NCBI RefSeq assembly: GCF_018350175.1
Contig: NC_058369.1
Coordinates: 21,702,001 to 21,766,000 of the forward strand
Source of the DNA: Felis catus
Taxonomy: Eukaryota
Direction: 5' to 3'
Length of the DNA stretch: 64,000 bases
Shown in pieces: positions 1 to 12,343 of the stretch. The stretch's first letter is position 1. Every line of letters starts with the position of its first letter. The notes beneath the pieces are model-generated. The model was not told the origin of the DNA and made no database searches. It saw only the letters and a program-made list of their open reading frames with translations. Position numbers and translations under genes: made by a program.

Positions 1-3000
1 AGTGCTCTTGGGCAGCCCTTACCAGCTGGCCATTGCCTAGTACGGATAAAGGTTGAGTTCTTTGGGGAGAAGGCCCTTCCAAAAAGGTTGACCTCTGCAG
101 GGTGCAAAGGTTTCGGGAGCCCACGTCTCCCCAGAACCACCTCTGCTCTGAGGAGCCTGGAGCAGCTGGGAAACCTGATGGGGAGCACCCAGGGCACTCT
201 TAGACACAGTGTAAAGCCATAGTATGGAGCAGCCTGGGAAGCCAGGGACCCACAGTGGACTCTCCATCCCCGTCCCCTCCCCTTCGGTCTCCCCCACCTC
301 CTCCTCCCCTTAGCCACCCAGGCCTTGGTCTTATGTGGGAAGATGCTGGCATGACTCCCACTGGGGTGGCTAGGAGTAAGGGTGCCTCAAGGGCAGACCC
401 TGAGCTGGGGAAGTCAAGAAATGTGTGGTGGACAAACGCTTCTGAGCCATGTCTCTGGGCAGGGGGATGCCACCACAGGAAAGCCAGTCTTTACTATGTG
501 TCCACACTGTATTTGGCCCTCACAGGTGGTGTCACATGGGTGGTGGCATAGGGAGTGACCAGGAGAAGAGGACATGGCCCTCAAGGGAGGGACCCTGCAG
601 GCATATAGGCCCCAAGATGGTCACATGCCAGAACTGTGGCACCAGGGAGTACGAGACCCAAGGACAAAAGTTCCAGGATCAACGGTGAAGGAAAGAAGTG
701 TGTTTGAGGTGGCCCAGGAGCCCCCTCCACACACTCATACCCTTACCATTGAGCTGCTGGTCAGATTCCCAGTAGCCCTTGGTGAGGGCTGAGCCACCAA
801 GCTCAAAGGTCAGAAGGGCAAAGACTGGTGAAGGTTCCTTGGATTCACACCCACTGGTGCCTTCTCAGGTAGCCAAACCTTATGCTCAAGGAGCAGGCTG
901 TCATCAGCCTCAGGCACTGCCTTGAGGGAGGGAAGCTGGGAACTTGAGCAAGTAGAATTCTGTCTCCCCACCCCAACTGGACTGGGCCAGGGCCATTAAG
1001 AGCATGGGGCAGGGCACTCCAGTCCCTGCCCCTTGGGCCCCAAGAACGCCTGGCAGCATGAATATGAATAATAAAGGCCATGCCTTCATTTATCCATTCA
1101 CTTCAAGGTGCTTTTTGCAGCCATTCCTGCTTCTAGGCTTTTGCTTTCGTTGTGTCCTCTGCCTAGAAAGCTCTAGTCTCCTGATCTTCTCCCTTCATTC
1201 CTGTCTGGGAAACCCCTTCCCCAAGCCTTCATTCCCCATTGTCTTCAGCACAGGCCCACCTGCAGGCTTAGGCCTTTGCATGGCACCCAAGGCACTGAGA
1301 ATGTAACCACCGTCCCACCCCCGCGCCCCACAACTGACCCTTGGGTTACCTTGCACAAGCCCCAAAGGCCCACCTCACTGTTTACTGGAACTGGGCTTAG
1401 ATGTAGTGAGTTCATTAGCTCTGAGTCTTTGCTCCAGCTCCTCCTTCTGCCTGGGGTGCCTTCTCTGTCTTCTCACCCCCACTTCCCTTGTCCTCCTGGC
1501 CTGGGCCAGGGGCACCTTTGCAATAGAGCCTGCCCTGCTTCCTCAGCACCCCCATACAAAATCTATCACACAGTAGGTGCCCGTGAAATGATGGCAGGAA
1601 GGAAAGAACAATGAATTATGTTCTATTCTCAGCTCTGTTGGGATCTGTTGCTGGTAACCTGGGAGTCACTTTGCTTGTCGGAAGCTTGGTCTCCCATGAC
1701 ACAGTGTTAAATCAGAGTTGGATGAAATGGCTTGCATTAAGCTTCTAAGAACCTTAGATTTAATGCAGAGGCTTCAGGCTGTGGAAGCTTCCCTGCCCAT
1801 CCCCCTATACACCCCGATAATAACAAAATTAAGTCATATAGCAGAAGTCTCAGTGATCTATGGAGAATGCGTCTGATCCAGGCACTGTGCCAGACCCTTG
1901 TCTGGTCCACACTCCCTGAGCTCTGAGGGGTACAAAGGGCCCCATTTATAGATAAGGGAGTTGAAGCAAGGTGCCTTGCCCAAGGTCACACAGCTCAGGG
2001 GCTGAACTCCCTGCAAGAAGGCCAGCCCCCATCATCCCAAAAGGGCTCCTGACCTCCTACCAGGGCCCTCTATGTTTAGCCACTGCCCTCCAACATAATA
2101 GCTGTAAGGATAGGCCCTTTTGCTAACTCTTATTCCTGATCTCAGGAGGCTCGGGCTCAGAGGCTGGGCTGCCTTGTGAGCTGGGAATCTCATAGGCATG
2201 TAAAAGGGAATAGGGGTTTCTGGAGGGCAGTCACCCATGCATTTGGCAGCAGGGATACTCCAGCCCCGCATCCCTGCCAGCCAGAGGAAAACAGGTGCCT
2301 GGCCTCCTAAATCATGCTAGACCCCATGCCCTCCTCTGGTGGGGATACTTCTAAGTCAATCTGGGCCCAGCCCAAACAGTCTTGTAAATATCTGCCCCCT
2401 TTCCAGTTTCCTGAGAAGTTGTCCTGGCCATGCCCCTGTCAGAACCAACTGCTGGGTGGCAGAGCCTGCCCCCCACCTCAGCATCCATCCTTTGTGTAGA
2501 GAAGGGACCAGAGACCCTCTGCAGGACAGGTGGACAAACCAGGCCCTGGGCTCCTGTCTCAGTCTCCTCCAGTAACTTGTGTGGCCTGGGGCAAGGATTC
2601 ACCCGAGCCTCGGTTTCCTCACCTGTGGGATGGGATCGGCACGCCTGCTCTACCCAGGTGTAGGCAATTAGACAGCAATTAGCGGGCTCTCGGTGGAAGT
2701 GGGGGAGCCTCTCAGCCAAGGGGTAAAGAGAAGAGTGTGGCTGGGCAGAACTGCAGGACATGATTCCTACACCCCTCCAAACTGTACTCCCATCTGTGCC
2801 CTAGGCAGACCCTCATGCATACCTGGGAAGGAGGGAGAGATGAGATGGGGAAGGCAGGAATCCTCCTCCCCCTTCCCTCACTTGGTCAGTTAATCCTTGT
2901 GGTCACAGAGAACTAGGTCTCTCATGGTCATTCCGTAGTGTTTCAGAGAAGCTGACCTACCTGCCCAAGGTCACCCAGCCAGAAAAGGTTGAACCGTGGG

Positions 3001-4599
3001 GAAGTCTGGCTGCCTGGGGCTCAGGCTTAACCACCAGGGGCCCCTGCCTCTAAAGCCACCAGCTCTTCTTCCTGAAAGCCTGGAAGCTGTACCCTCACAC
3101 AGATCTGGGGACCTGGCCCTGCCACCTGACCTGCCAAGTGGCCTCGGGCAATAGCCTCACCTATCTGAGTCTCCGTTTCCTCACCTATAAACTGGGGCTA
3201 CCCTGACTTTGCAGGTTGCCCTGAGCATTGAACAAGAGGCTGTTTTGAACTGCTCAGCCCCTGGCAGGACCCAGTATCATCCTAGTGGCAAACTGATATG
3301 TACCATGCTGTCGCTCCCTCATACAGCTGGAGCCATCAAGGCCTGGAGGGGCAGGGGCCTGCCGGGATCCTGCAGCTAGCCAGAGTCAGAGGCATGGCAG
3401 GCCAAGCCCCCAGCCTTGTGGTGCTTGCCCAGGCATCTCCCCACGCGTGTCCACTGGGGGCCCACGTTAGCCTCAGCTGTGCTCCAGGTCCACCCCTGGT
3501 TAGTCCTCCAGAAGTTTACCTTGTGCCTACCTCCCATCAGACAAGACACAGGATGCCAGGCCTGCCCTCAGCTACTAGGGTTCCCTCTGAGCTGGGACTC
3601 AGCTAGGGGACTACGATCAGTGGGGGAGGATGCTGAGGTCCAGGTAACCCAAGACCTGGTGGCTCTGGTGAATGCAGACTCAGGAGATAATTGGGATAGG
3701 AGCAATCAGCTGAGGCCCTATAGAGCAGGTGGGACAGGGCTCCGGGAGTCATCCTGAGACCCCCTGGTTGTCCCCTGCCCTTACTTCTCCCTGTATTCTA
3801 TTCTCTCTTCCTCAGAGACCTGAGGGAGGAGGCTCAGGCTTGGCAGCTGGACAAGGATGAGTGAAGAAGAAATCCTGGGTGGTGGTGTTCCCCAGGGATA
3901 GAAGGCACACTGTGCCTTGTTGGCTGAGGTCTGCCTAACTGGGTACACGTGGTTAGGGAAGGCTTCCTAGAGGAGGACCTGCCTGAAGATAGCTGGGCCT
4001 GGAGCACAAAGCAAAGGGAATTGTACAGGCAAATGCTCGAGGTGAGAAATTGCAGGGTGTTGTCCGGTGGGAACTGAAAGAACTTCCTCTCACTGGAGTT
4101 CAGGGGCTAAGCCACGCTGGGCCTGGTGGTCATGTGTGGACTTTGTCCTTTGTCCTGAGAGATCCTTCAGGATGGGGAGTGCATACTCCTTGACATTTTA
4201 GGAGGATTGTGTGGATGCTGTGAGGAGAAAAAATTGTGGGGGTGGGGCGGTGGGGTCCTGAGTAGACAACACTACAGATGGCCAGGCAAGAGACACCAGT
4301 GGCCCTGGCCAGGATGGCGACAGTGGGGACAAATGAATGTGAGAAGTCAGAATGGGAGACTGAGGTGCTGAGGGGACAAAGTTTCCACAGTGACCTGGGG
4401 CCGGGCTGGGGTGGCAACCACTGTGTGTGGGGGAAACTGAGCATGGGAGAAGGCCAAAAGGCTGCCTAGAGCAGGCTCACTTCCATCCATCCCAGCCTCT
4501 GGGAATCCTTTCTTCCCTCCCCATCTTTTGGAACAAGGTTTCTGCCTCAGGGAAGAAAAGTTTATGTTATTTTTTTACTTTGTAACATGGCTGTGCCAG

Positions 4600-4600
<1 letters not shown>

Positions 4601-4641
<41 letters not shown>
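4601..4641. repeat. (CA)~20 microsatellite
   Basis: Direct observation. Confidence 0.95.
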
Positions 4642-4643
<2 letters not shown>

Positions 4644-5835
4644 CACCCCCAACCACCTGCCTTCTTGAAAGCCTGAGAGAAAGTGTGGAAGCTTCCTTGG
4701 GGCCTTCCTCTCTAGATTCCAGTGGCTTCATGAGGAAGGAGGTATGGAAGGAGGGGGTTTGAGGAACAGGAGGAAAAACTGGGCATTTCTGCCACACCCC
4801 CCCTTCCAACCACCCCACCCCCACCCACCCACATATACACCATCAGACCTTAGGTACACACACAAGAACCCAAAGTCAGGTGCCACAGAACACTCCCACT
4901 GCAGCCCCTAAAGCCCAGCATTCAAACCCCCTCACAATTTCCCCAATTCCTGCTTTATCTTCCTCCTGGCTTGCCCTGGAAAGGAGTGGTGCGGGCACAC
5001 ACACAGGCCCAGGGGAGCTACCTTCCCACCCCAGAGGACACACCAGCATGGCTGCTTTGTAACATGATGGAACTAGAGCAGACATCAGCATGAACTTCTC
5101 AGGCTTCCAGGTTGTGAAACCTGAGGCCAAGTTGAAAGTCTAGTTCATCTTCTTTGCAAGGTCCCCAAGCATGATCCTAGATCTCCCCCACACCTGGCAG
5201 CTCCTATGATTCTGGGCCTGGTACCTGGAGCTGAGGCCTCCGTTCCAGTGCCCACTTTGGGGAAGCCTGCTGCAGCTATACTCAGCTGGCCTGAGTCCTC
5301 CCCCCACTGGCCTAGAGTGGGGGTGTAAAGGTCCCCACATGAAATCTGCCTGAGGGCTTAGATTCTGTACCCCAGCCCTTGACCCAAATGCCATCCTCTA
5401 TCCAGAAATTTCAGCCTTCTTCCTCCCCTTCCTCCACTGCCCTGGGATGAGGGCCCAGTTGTTCACAGGCCCCAAGGGGCTGGCCTGGGAACTGGCTGTG
5501 TTTCTTGCCCTAAGGGCTCACCATTCCTGCTGCCCAGGCCTGCCCAGCAGCCTGGCTGCCTGCCTAGCTGCTGTGGCCAAGGTGGCCACAGCCTGTGCCC
5601 ACAGAAGCCTGTGGGCAGAGGCAGGGCTCAGGCGTGTGAAGGCGGTGGGGGTGGGCAGTAGTCTGAGGGTGAGACTCTAATCCCCCAGGAGGTTAACTTC
5701 TGTCTCTGCCCACTGCAGGCAGAAGTATGTCTCGGCCAAGGGAGCTCACAGTCTGGGGAGGTGGCTTGGATAGCCCAGTAGCAGTCTGTTTCTAGTCCTG
5801 GGCACAGGCTGGGTCCTCTGCTCCTAACATTTCTT

Positions 5836-6070
5836 TCTTTTTTTAATTAAAAAAAAAAAAAAACGTTTTTTTTAAGTTTATTTTTGAGAGAGAGACAGAG
5901 AGCACGAGAGGGGTGGGGGCATTGAGAGAGGGAGACATAGAATCCGAAGAAAGCTCTAGGCTCTGAGCTGTCAGCACAAAGCCCACAGCAGGGCTCAAAC
6001 TCACGAAATCTGAGATCATGACCTGAGCCGAAGTCGGATGCTTAATCAACTGAGCCACCTAGGCACCCCT
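5836..6070 (-). mobile_element. CAN-SINE (tRNA-derived carnivore SINE)
   Basis: Reverse-complement GGGGTGCCT head, (CT)n region and A tail; TSD-like ctgctc(c/t)aacatttc at both ends. Confidence 0.9.
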
Positions 6071-7089
6071 GCTCCCAACATTTCAATCCATCCTCAGAGC
6101 AGCCCTAAGGGGTAAGGGAGCCCCAAGGGGGCTACTCAAGGTCACACAGCCAGTTAGTGTGGAGCTGCATGTTAGTTCTTCCTACTCTGAAGCCTCTGCC
6201 CCATGTGGTTGGTGCCTCAGGAGAGACCCTGGATGGGGTGGGTGGGGTGAGTAGAGTTGAGGGGAGAGCTCATAGAAAGCAGAGGACCTCCTTGGTTAGG
6301 GGCAGGCATCTGGGAGGCTCCCTGGAGGAGGACTTTTTTTGTAGGGGGCCTGGTTAGATGGTTAAGAACTTGATGGGATGACATTCCAGTGGCAAAGCAC
6401 AGCTTGAGCAGAGGCAGGGGTTTTGATGAACAGTGGGGGGGGGGGGGGGGGAGTGGGAGGGGGCAGGTGAGTGGGTTGGCTAGGGTGTCCTGGTGCCCCA
6501 GGGCCTCTTATACCGCTTGAGGACCTGGGATGGAGGGTGCTGGCTATGGGAGTGTGTGGGCACTTTGCTCAGGCTCTGCTGGTCCAACTGGCCCAACCAC
6601 TTCTTTTCAGGCCTTGCTCACAGTCCTGCTGAAAGCTGTTGGCAAACTCTGGGTGACGTCTTGGTCAGGAACCTAGGATCCCCCAGTCCTGATCTCGGGG
6701 CAAAATTATTAAGGGGTCCTGAGCCCCATAATGCTCTGTCATCTCCTCTAGAAAGCCTGCCCTGATTTTGGCCTCCAACAGAACAATTTCTAAGATGCAA
6801 TCACAGCGTGGAGGGTAGGTCTGTCAGGGGAGATTAAGTTATTGGAGGAATTATGGGAGATTTCTACTTTCCTCTGAAAGCTAGTCTTTATTTTCCTTAT
6901 TTGCTCTGTTTTTCATCAGCAACCGCTAATGTGTAACATTACTTTTCTAGGTTTCTGTGACTCTCTCCCTATCTCTCATCCCCTATCCACCCCTGTCCTC
7001 CGATCTTCTTACAGGTTCCCAGCTAGCTAGCAGGATGCTGGACCACCTTCACTCCCAGGACCTCTGTTGCACCATCCATGAAATGGGCG

Positions 7090-7430
7090 TGTTCAGGTCT
7101 CCCCGACTTTCCGGGACTGAGCCGGCAGCGGGGAAGGGCTAGGAGAAGAAGGCGCCGCCCGGCGCCAGGGCCCAGGTGTCGGCGCCAGTCCAACCTCCAG
7201 GTGGCTGCGCAACCCGGAATAGAGCCGTCTCTTTTATACCAGGCTTACGTCACAGGGATGGGCGGGGCCTCCGGCCGGCCTCGGAAAGGCTTCCCTGGGG
7301 CGGGGCGGGGCGGGGCCGGGCCCCCGGCTAGTGGGTACCCGAGCGCGGAGACGTGCCTGCGGGGGCGCGTGTGGCTGTCGGGGTGGGGGTGGGATGTTTG
7401 TGCCGCACGGGGGACGCCAGTGTGCCTGCG
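7090..7430. promoter_or_regulatory. Small CpG-rich upstream promoter/enhancer with TATA (minus strand), CRE-like, ETS, C/EBP-like and GC-box motifs
   Basis: CpG cluster; CTTTTATA 7231-7238, TTACGTCA 7245-7252, CCGGAA 7214-7219, (GGGGC)n ~7297-7320. Confidence 0.65.
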
Positions 7431-9711
7431 GTTCTTCCCTACCCTCCCTACATAGAGGGCTGCCTTCCCGCGCTGGGCCTGCCTCCAGTTCCCCACGGGC
7501 TAAAGGGCTCAGTGAGCTACCCGTGCTGGGGGGGTGGGGGTGTGTGTGGAGTGAAACTGAGGCATGGCCAGGCCAGGGGGCTGGCAAGCCCTGTGGGTGA
7601 CTGGGCTGCTCAGACTCCCAGGTGTCAGAGCCTAGTGTGAGACCCAGCAGATCAGAGCAGAGGGTGCTGTTGCGTGTGCGGGATGGGAGAGGTGGAGGTG
7701 GTGGAGAAGGCTCCCTTGGGTCTCTGTGTCAAGAAAAAGCCTTCCTTCTGTTTCTGCCTCTGACAGCACCGACGTCTATCCAGCCCCCCTCCACACCCCT
7801 TTGGGTGTGGAGCCAGAAGTGGGGACTCAGGCAGACAGGGGCTGTGCCATGGTCAACGTGGGACTGGGGCAGGTCAGGTGCTGCATACCGGTAATAGCTC
7901 CAGAAAAAACCCCGTGTCCCGTGCTCTCAGAAAACACCTGCCCCTTGCCTACTCCCAAGTATTTCCCCAAGTTTCACCTGAACACAAATATACTGACTAC
8001 AGAACTTGGGGACTATTAGCTGGGCCTCATCAACTCTTTATTTGGCAGTTAACACCAACACAGACTGAGTCTCATGCCTAGTGCCCCGTGAGCCTGGTCT
8101 CCCCATCCTCCCAACCACCCACCAGGCCAGTATTACCTTTATCATCTCCATTCCACAGATGAGGAAGCTGAGGCACAGTTAAGTCACAGGTCCAGGGTGT
8201 GAGGAGGATGTGAACCTGACCCCTCTAGGCCTTGGTTTGGCACTCTACTACCATGTGGCGCTGCTCCCAAACCCACTGCCCTTGCTTGCCCCCTACCCAG
8301 TGCCTGAGGCTGAAATCCCTGCTCATGACCATTTTGGTGGCCTGAGGTATAGCCACAGGTTGGACCATGTCCCATGTGCCCTTCCAACCTTCATCCCCTA
8401 ACTGCTCTGCCATCCCCAGAAATCACCCAGGTGCAACACCCCTGCTGGCCCGGGCCTCCTGCTCCAGAAACATGAGTGACTCTACCTTGGCCAGGCCAGC
8501 ACTCTGGGTGTGATGAGGATGGTGCTGGCAGCCAAAGCTTCAGGGATGGGGATGATGATATGGAGAGGCAGAAACAGAGAGCGAGAGGCAGAGAGGCCAG
8601 GACAAGGACCAACTCTTGGCAGGGATCAAGGGTGGGGGGGACCCCATCCTGCCCTCAGGTAGGTGGGCCCCAGGGACAGAAGAAGGTTTAGGCCTTTTCT
8701 AGGTTGCTTGGCTGAGTCCTGGACTTCCTGCAGAGGGGCCTGGGGGCCCCCAGGGCTCATGGTCTATGGGTGGGGTAGGGGCTGCACTGGTCATGCTAGC
8801 CCTCCTCTGGACAAACCCTCTAGGGAATCCACAGAGAACTAGCCCTGGGCGGATGCTGGGGGTAGGAGACTGGATGCTGTCCACCACTATCTGTGATGGG
8901 CCTGTTTCCTTGGCTGCAAACCCGGAGGAGGAAGAAGAGAAAGTACCACTTCCTGGTGGCTGCCATGAGCCCAGCCCTGTTTGGGGATTTACACCCTATG
9001 TCATGAGAGGCCATCAAGGGCTCTTCCAAGGCTGACAGCCTGTGACTCAGCAAAGTGATGATACCTGTGCCCCTGGCCAGTGTGAGCTGAGCCCTCACCA
9101 GGTGTCCACCCTGGCTGAGGTTTCCCACACATCATCTCACCTAACCCTTACTCAGCCCCTGACATGAGTCTGTCATCAGCCCCTTTTTCAGGTGAGGACT
9201 CAGGATCAGAGAGGTGTGGTCGCCTGCCTCAGGTCATACAGTTAGCATGTGATACAGCCAAGGCTAGCTTCCAGGCCTCAGTAGGCCCTTTGAAGGCCTG
9301 GAGCAGGCAGGTTATGAGGGCACAGAGGCAAGCTCTCATGGACCCTGCCCTGGCCCACCCAGTGTGGCACCCAGGAACAGTTCCACCATGCACAGTGGCT
9401 CCAGCTGACTTTGGTCTGGACTCCCTGGACCCCACCCAAGCTTATTCTCTCTGGGGCCCCTGGTTGCAGCGTTTGTCTCTGCATCCTTCCTCTGCCCTTG
9501 TCACAATGTGGCCTGCACACACTTAGCCTCTCTGCCCCTTTTGGGTTCTCACACTTCCCCTTGAAGTCTCCAGAAGAGAAAGATTGGCTGAGGCCAGTGT
9601 GTGCTCACAGCCCCTGAGCCCACGTGTCTGCATAATCCTCAGGGCCCAAAAAGTACTTCCTGGTGTCTAATTTCAATCTTTCTTGCTCTCACAATACCAG
9701 CCCTGCTCTAA

Positions 9712-9948
9712 AGCCTTGGTTCTCAACAAGGTGTGATTTTGCCTGCTCCCCTGCCCCTCTCCCTGCCCCAGGGACATTTGGCAGTGTCTGGAGACATTTT
9801 TATCTGTCACAACTTGAGGGAGAGGAGTGCTATTGGCATCTAGTGGGTAGAGGGCAGGCATGCTGCTAAACATCCTGCAAGGCACAGGACAGTCCTCATA
9901 ACAAAGAATTATCTGGCCCAAAGGGCAATAGTGCTGAGATTGAGAACT
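9712..9948. mobile_element. MER20-like hAT DNA transposon
   Basis: tggttctcaac...gggacatttggcagtgtctggagacatttt...gagattgagaac hallmark sequence; family recalled, not searched. Confidence 0.75.
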
Positions 9949-9959
9949 CTGGACATAAA

Positions 9960-10180
9960 ACATGGGCTTTGGAGCCAGGCAGACTTTGGTTCGAATCCTG
10001 CTTCTACCATTCACTAGCTCTGTACCCCTGGGCAAGTGGCCTTGCTTCTCTCTGAGACTCAGTTTGCTCTTCATTCAAAGTGACACTAACAGTAACCCTT
10101 ACCTTATAGGGTCTGAGAACTGATTGAATTGAACATATCCAATACTGGGCACAGGGCCTGGCACTGGGGAAGCTCCATTA
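9960..10180 (+). mobile_element. MIR (ancient SINE)
   Basis: ctttggagccaggcagac...ggttcgaatcctgct...ctgggcaagtggc...ctcagtttgctc core. Confidence 0.65.
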
Positions 10181-11695
10181 GTGATAGCCATTATTCTTCC
10201 TTTCCATTTTCTAAGGTGAACCTCAGGGTGTGGGAGCAAAGTTCCCGTGGCTGGATCTGGAGATCCCCAAGGGTCAACCCTCCTTTGCCCTCTCTCCAGC
10301 AGTCCTTGGTACAGGGTGGACCTATTGTTGATGCTGAGGGAGAGAATACTTGCCGAGGTAGACCTGGAGGGAGGAACCAGAAAGGAAACTTGATCCCGGG
10401 TGGACAAAAGTCACCTGAAGCTCACCTTCCCTCCAGCCCAACTCCAGGGAAGCCATGGGGTGGGGTGGGGGTGAGAGAATGAGGACACAAAACACACTAA
10501 TGAATATGTTCCCTTAGCTCAGGGAAGTACCATGAATTCACAGCTGGGCATCAGGGAGGAGTGTCATGTGAGTGGACACAACCAAGACAGGTAGAGACAT
10601 GGGGGTGGGTGGGAAATGGCATTCGGGGCCCAGAGAATAGAATGTTCAAAGGTCCTGTTGTGAGGGGTAAGGCATAAGGTTTATTTTCCAAATGATATCC
10701 AGTGTGGTCAGAGGGGTCCAGCTTGGTGGAAAAAGCCTACCCCAATGGGGCAATAGGACTACAAACATGGACATAAACCGGTTCTCAAAATAGGCCCTCC
10801 CTTCCAGGTATAGGATACCTGTGTCCCTGTTTGCTCTGTGGTAGAAAGAGTCATTGTAGTTTTTCTCTTTCCAGTCTAAACCCACCCCCCTTAAAACAGA
10901 GTTTTGGGATCCACATCTCTGCCAGGGCTCTCCATCCCTGGAGGTCTCACTAAACACCTCCTCCTCCCAATCTAACCACAGCCCCATGACCCACCTGGTC
11001 TGTCCTGTTCTCCCCATACATCTTTCACAACCCAGGGTCCTCCAACCTGCACAATGTGGCAGCCTCTGTCCCTATGCATTCTCCCAGGAGGCCACTCCAG
11101 TGTAACAGCTGCCACCACCTGCTCCTTGAGAAAACCAAAGTCTCTGCCATGAGCCCCTTGGATCAACTCAGGCCTCCTCAGGAATTGCCCCTCATTTCCA
11201 ATCATTAGGCTTCAGCAGGGAAGAGCTGTCTAGGTGTTCCCCTGGAAGGTCTGGGACCTGGAACCCTCTTCTTTGCCTCTGGAAAATGACATTTCTTTGG
11301 AGTATGGAGTCATCAGCTCTTTCCTTTCTGAGCTTTGAAGGCAAGGGAATGGACTCCTTGGGTCCCTCACCATCCCCAGACTTTAGGCCCAGAGGGTACC
11401 CAGTGAATGAATGAGTTATGCCTGACAACCAAGTTTCAAGTGTGGGAGGAAGCTCAGGTGCCTATTAGGGGCGGTGGGGAGCTATGGACGGTGGGGGCAG
11501 GAGAGCAGAAAGCTGAGGGGTCAGGATAGGGGCTGCTCCTGGAATCTCTCGACCAGCAGTGATGAACCAGCTAGAGCCTCCCACCCTGGAGCTTTCTCAG
11601 CCACTCTCAGGGCCAGGGACGGGACGAGCCGGCCTGGCAGCAGGCACCGGGCCCAGCCGCGTCTGCACTCCCACCAACAAAAAGGGGCGGGGGGG

Positions 11696-11724
11696 AGAGA
11701 GAGAGAGAGAGAAAGAGAGAGAGA
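11696..11724. repeat. (GA)n microsatellite in the PRKCD promoter
   Basis: Direct observation. Confidence 0.9.
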
Positions 11725-11751
11725 CCGGGCGCGGCGGGCCAGCTGGCCGGT

Positions 11752-11792
11752 GGGGAGTCCCGGGCGTGGGCGCTGGGAGCTGGGGAAGCCCC
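11752..11792 (+). promoter_or_regulatory. Pair of NF-kB-like sites (GGGGAGTCCC 11752-11761; GGGGAAGCCC 11782-11791)
   Basis: Two GGGRNNYYCC-type decamers 30 bp apart upstream of exon 1; NF-kB control of the PRKCD promoter is reported in rodents. Confidence 0.55.
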
Positions 11793-12119
11793 GCCAGCAC
11801 CTCCCAGGCTACGGTGTGAGAAGGGTGGAGAATGGGGTGGGGGGGGTTGGGAGAGCGTCCTCCTCCCGCGGGCCTCATTGTCCTCCTCTGTAAAGTGGCG
11901 CCCCTTCTGAGGGCTGGTACGCGCGCCAACGTCTGGCAGGGGCCGAGGTGCGCCGGGACCGGCCGAGAGTGACCGGCACCGGGAGGCGGAGGCCGGGACC
12001 CCCTCCTCTCCGCGGCGGGGGCGGGGCCTTAGGGGGCTGGCCCTTGTGAAGGCGGGCCCTGAGCGGGGGCGGGGCCGTGGCAGGCACCTGGGTGAGGTCG
12101 CGCCGCCCCGCCCCCTTGC

Positions 12120-12343
12120 ACTTCCGTGTGCAGCGGCTCGAGAGAGGGAGGCTGCGGCACCGGGATCCCCGGAGCGACCCTCGGCATCCGCCCGCCGCGC
12201 TGAGGCCCGGACGGGACTCAGCGGCCTCCGGGCCCGTCCCGGTCGGGCCCGCATCGACCCCCAGTCCTCGCGCGCGCCCCGGAACGGAGCAGGGAGCTGG
12301 ACCCCAGACGTCGAGACCCCTGGCGCCTGGAGGTGCGCGGGAG
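12120..12343 (+). other. PRKCD: PRKCD exon 1 (5' UTR; start approximate)
   Basis: Within the CpG island, no ATG, ends at strong donor GAG|GTGAGT (12343/12344). Confidence 0.75.

Noticed and set aside
1..5800. Possible exons of an upstream neighbouring gene
   Set aside because: No translated segment resembles a known protein; looks like ordinary intergenic DNA with MIR/L2 remnants.
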